From assembly GCA_017511645.1 (NCBI GenBank), contig JAFWJH010000003.1, positions 70,297 through 102,296 of the forward strand: DNA of 32,000 nt, given 5' to 3'. This stretch comes from Candidatus Saccharimonadota bacterium (GTDB lineage Bacteria > Patescibacteriota > Saccharimonadia > Saccharimonadales > Saccharimonadaceae). The position numbers were made by a program, and so were the translations under genes. A model generated the notes under the pieces. It was not told the origin of the DNA. It made no database searches and saw nothing but the letters and a program-made list of their open reading frames with translations. Below, one piece after another: positions 30,597 through 32,000 of the stretch (the stretch's first letter is position 1; each line of letters starts with the position of its first letter).

Positions 30597-31844
30597 ATGG
30601 ATATTTTAATAGGTGTGATTGTGGGGTTGTTCGTGCTGATGTTTTTGGTGACAGCACACGAGTTTGGACATTTTTTGGCAGCACGACGAAATGGTGTAAA
30701 TGTACTAGAGTTTGGAATCGGTTTTCCGCCGCGCATAATGGCCTGGATGAAAGACATACGTACTGGCAAATGGCGACGGCTACCTCGCGGCGAATGGAAA
30801 AAAGAAAAAGCAACTAAGGTAGTGTACTCTGATGGCGAAAATAAGAAGTTCGCACAAAAAGGCATGGTGTTTAGCTTAAATTTGTTGCCAATTGGCGGTT
30901 TTTGTCAGATGGATGGTGAATCGGACGCAGATACTAGAAAAGGGACTTTTGGCGCAGCGAGTTTTTGGGCAAAAACCAAAATATTGTTCGCCGGCGTAAC
31001 GATGAACTGGCTGATAGCGATTGTGATTTTCACTATACTAGCGTGGTCTGGAATGCCGGAGTTTTTGGAGGGACAATTTACGGTGCCAGTAGACACGCGT
31101 ATAGAGTCTACGCCGGTAGAAATTTCATCGGTAGCAGAAGATTCTCCTGCGGATCAAGCGGGGCTAGCAGTAGGGGATAAAATCCTAGCAGTAGACGGAA
31201 ACGAATTTGTGCACGCAAGTGAGATTACCGATTATAATGAAACAAAAGCTGGCGAGCAGGTAATATACACTATCGAACGAATGGATGATACAAAAGAATT
31301 AATCGTGACGCTAAACCCAGCCGAGTCAGATTATTTACTTGGTGTAACAATGGCCACCACGCAGTCGCGATCTTATTCTACTTGGTCGGCACCAATCGTA
31401 GGTGTGGGGCTAACCGCACAATTAACTGGTGAAACCTTTAAAGGCGTCGGTGTGATGCTATGGAACTTAATCTCGGGTGTGGGGTCGCAATTTAGTTCTG
31501 ATGCGACAGTACGCGAGACTGGGCAAGAGGCGATTTCATCGGTGGGGGATTCGGTGTCGGGGCCAGTGGGTATCATCGGAGTACTTTTCCCAGCCTTTAC
31601 AGCAGCTGGGCCGACTAATTTAGCGTTTCTTGCTGCACTAATTTCGGTATCTTTGGCCTGTATGAATGTGCTGCCAATTCCAGCGCTGGATGGCGGGCGA
31701 TGGCTGCTGATCGCGATTTATAAATTACGCAAGAAAAAACTTACCAAAGAGACTGAAGAAAAGATTGTATCTAGGGCCTTTATGGTGCTACTAGCTATTA
31801 TCTTTATTGTGACAATTCTAGATATTATAAGGATAGCGCAGTGA
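30597..31844 (+). CDS. rseP: RIP (site-2) metalloprotease, M50 family with PDZ domain
   Basis: 415 aa with HEFGHFLAAR (HExxH) in TM1, a central PDZ-like ..SPADQAGLAVGDKILAVDG.., and a C-terminal ..NVLPIPALDGG.. motif. Confidence 0.85.
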   Translation: MDILIGVIVGLFVLMFLVTAHEFGHFLAARRNGVNVLEFGIGFPPRIMAWMKDIRTGKWRRLPRGEWKKEKATKVVYSDGENKKFAQKGMVFSLNLLPIGGFCQMDGESDADTRKGTFGAASFWAKTKILFAGVTMNWLIAIVIFTILAWSGMPEFLEGQFTVPVDTRIESTPVEISSVAEDSPADQAGLAVGDKILAVDGNEFVHASEITDYNETKAGEQVIYTIERMDDTKELIVTLNPAESDYLLGVTMATTQSRSYSTWSAPIVGVGLTAQLTGETFKGVGVMLWNLISGVGSQFSSDATVRETGQEAISSVGDSVSGPVGIIGVLFPAFTAAGPTNLAFLAALISVSLACMNVLPIPALDGGRWLLIAIYKLRKKKLTKETEEKIVSRAFMVLLAIIFIVTILDIIRIAQ

Positions 31845-32000
31845 TGAAAAAAACCACTAAAATCGAAATTGTTAAAGCGCGTAGCAAGGTTCCGAAAAAG
31901 TCTAAGCAAAAGAATAGTGATTTTCCCAAAAAACAGATCTGCGAGGTAATTTTCAAAGCAATTTTGTTATTAGTGTGGGTGGCTGCGGTAGTGATTGTAG
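31844..32000 (+). CDS. 5' part of a membrane protein ORF running off the window
   Basis: The ATG overlaps the rseP stop (TGATG). The frame is open to the window end: MKKTTKIEIVKARSKVPKKSKQKNSDFPKKQICEVIFKAILLLVWVAAVVIV.., a basic N-terminus followed by a TM helix. Confidence 0.4.
   Translation, partial: MKKTTKIEIVKARSKVPKKSKQKNSDFPKKQICEVIFKAILLLVWVAAVVIV

Noticed and set aside
30473-30865. 130-aa minus-strand ORF spanning the uppS/rseP junction
   Set aside because: It is antisense to two well-supported genes and crosses their intergenic promoter.
1-32000. CRISPR arrays, rRNA genes, transposase/IS elements
   Set aside because: I found no regularly spaced direct repeats, no rRNA-like sequence and no transposase-like ORF on reading the window. 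The only mobility gene is the serine recombinase.

Overview
The window looks like chromosome from a small-genome, moderately AT-rich bacterium. The gene content fits a Patescibacteria/CPR, Saccharibacteria-like host, but I cannot confirm taxonomy without a database search.

Housekeeping flanks:
- Left flank: a UvrC-like ORF tail, secG, a membrane-anchored family-5 solute-binding protein, and an orphan protein with an acidic Cys-rich tail.
- Right flank: tRNA-Leu(GAG), two surface-anchored proteins, rpmE2 (L31 type B), and rpsB-tsf-frr-uppS-rseP. pyrH and cdsA are missing from their usual slots in that array.

Between the flanks lies what I interpret as a ~21.9-kb integrated island (about 3047-24908):
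- Its right end carries a large serine recombinase whose ORF runs into the antisense of the tRNA-Leu 3' half.
- A 9-nt copy of the tRNA 3' end (TGGTGCGCG) sits next to a terminator at 3047-3055 and marks the likely left junction.
- It also carries an AbiEi/AbiEii toxin-antitoxin pair with a perfect palindromic operator, plus several small orphan genes.

The main cargo is an AT-rich cluster of 18 same-strand genes (5634-22379), 17 of them translationally coupled:
- GT4 glycolipid-type glycosyltransferase.
- An extended SDR, MBL-fold hydrolase, PaaK/F390-like adenylating enzyme and KAS III set.
- Two ACPs and an Sfp-type PPTase.
- A complete acetyl-CoA carboxylase (AccB, AccC, fused AccD-AccA) with its own BirA.
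- FabD-like and FabF enzymes.
- An ANL acyl ligase, an HxxxD acyltransferase-like protein, a VOC protein and an FkbH-like HAD-IIIC protein.

No FabG/FabZ/FabI or PlsX/Y/C genes are present, so this is not an ordinary FAS-II or phospholipid locus. It looks like a cofactor-autonomous, mobile pathway for a specialised acyl-lipid or polyketide, and it is the most interesting system in the window. Possible chemistries are Ole/Lst-like beta-lactone or head-to-head condensation products, and glyceryl-ACP/tetronate-type products.

All functional calls come from motif recognition in the supplied translations. No similarity search, covariance model or statistics were run.
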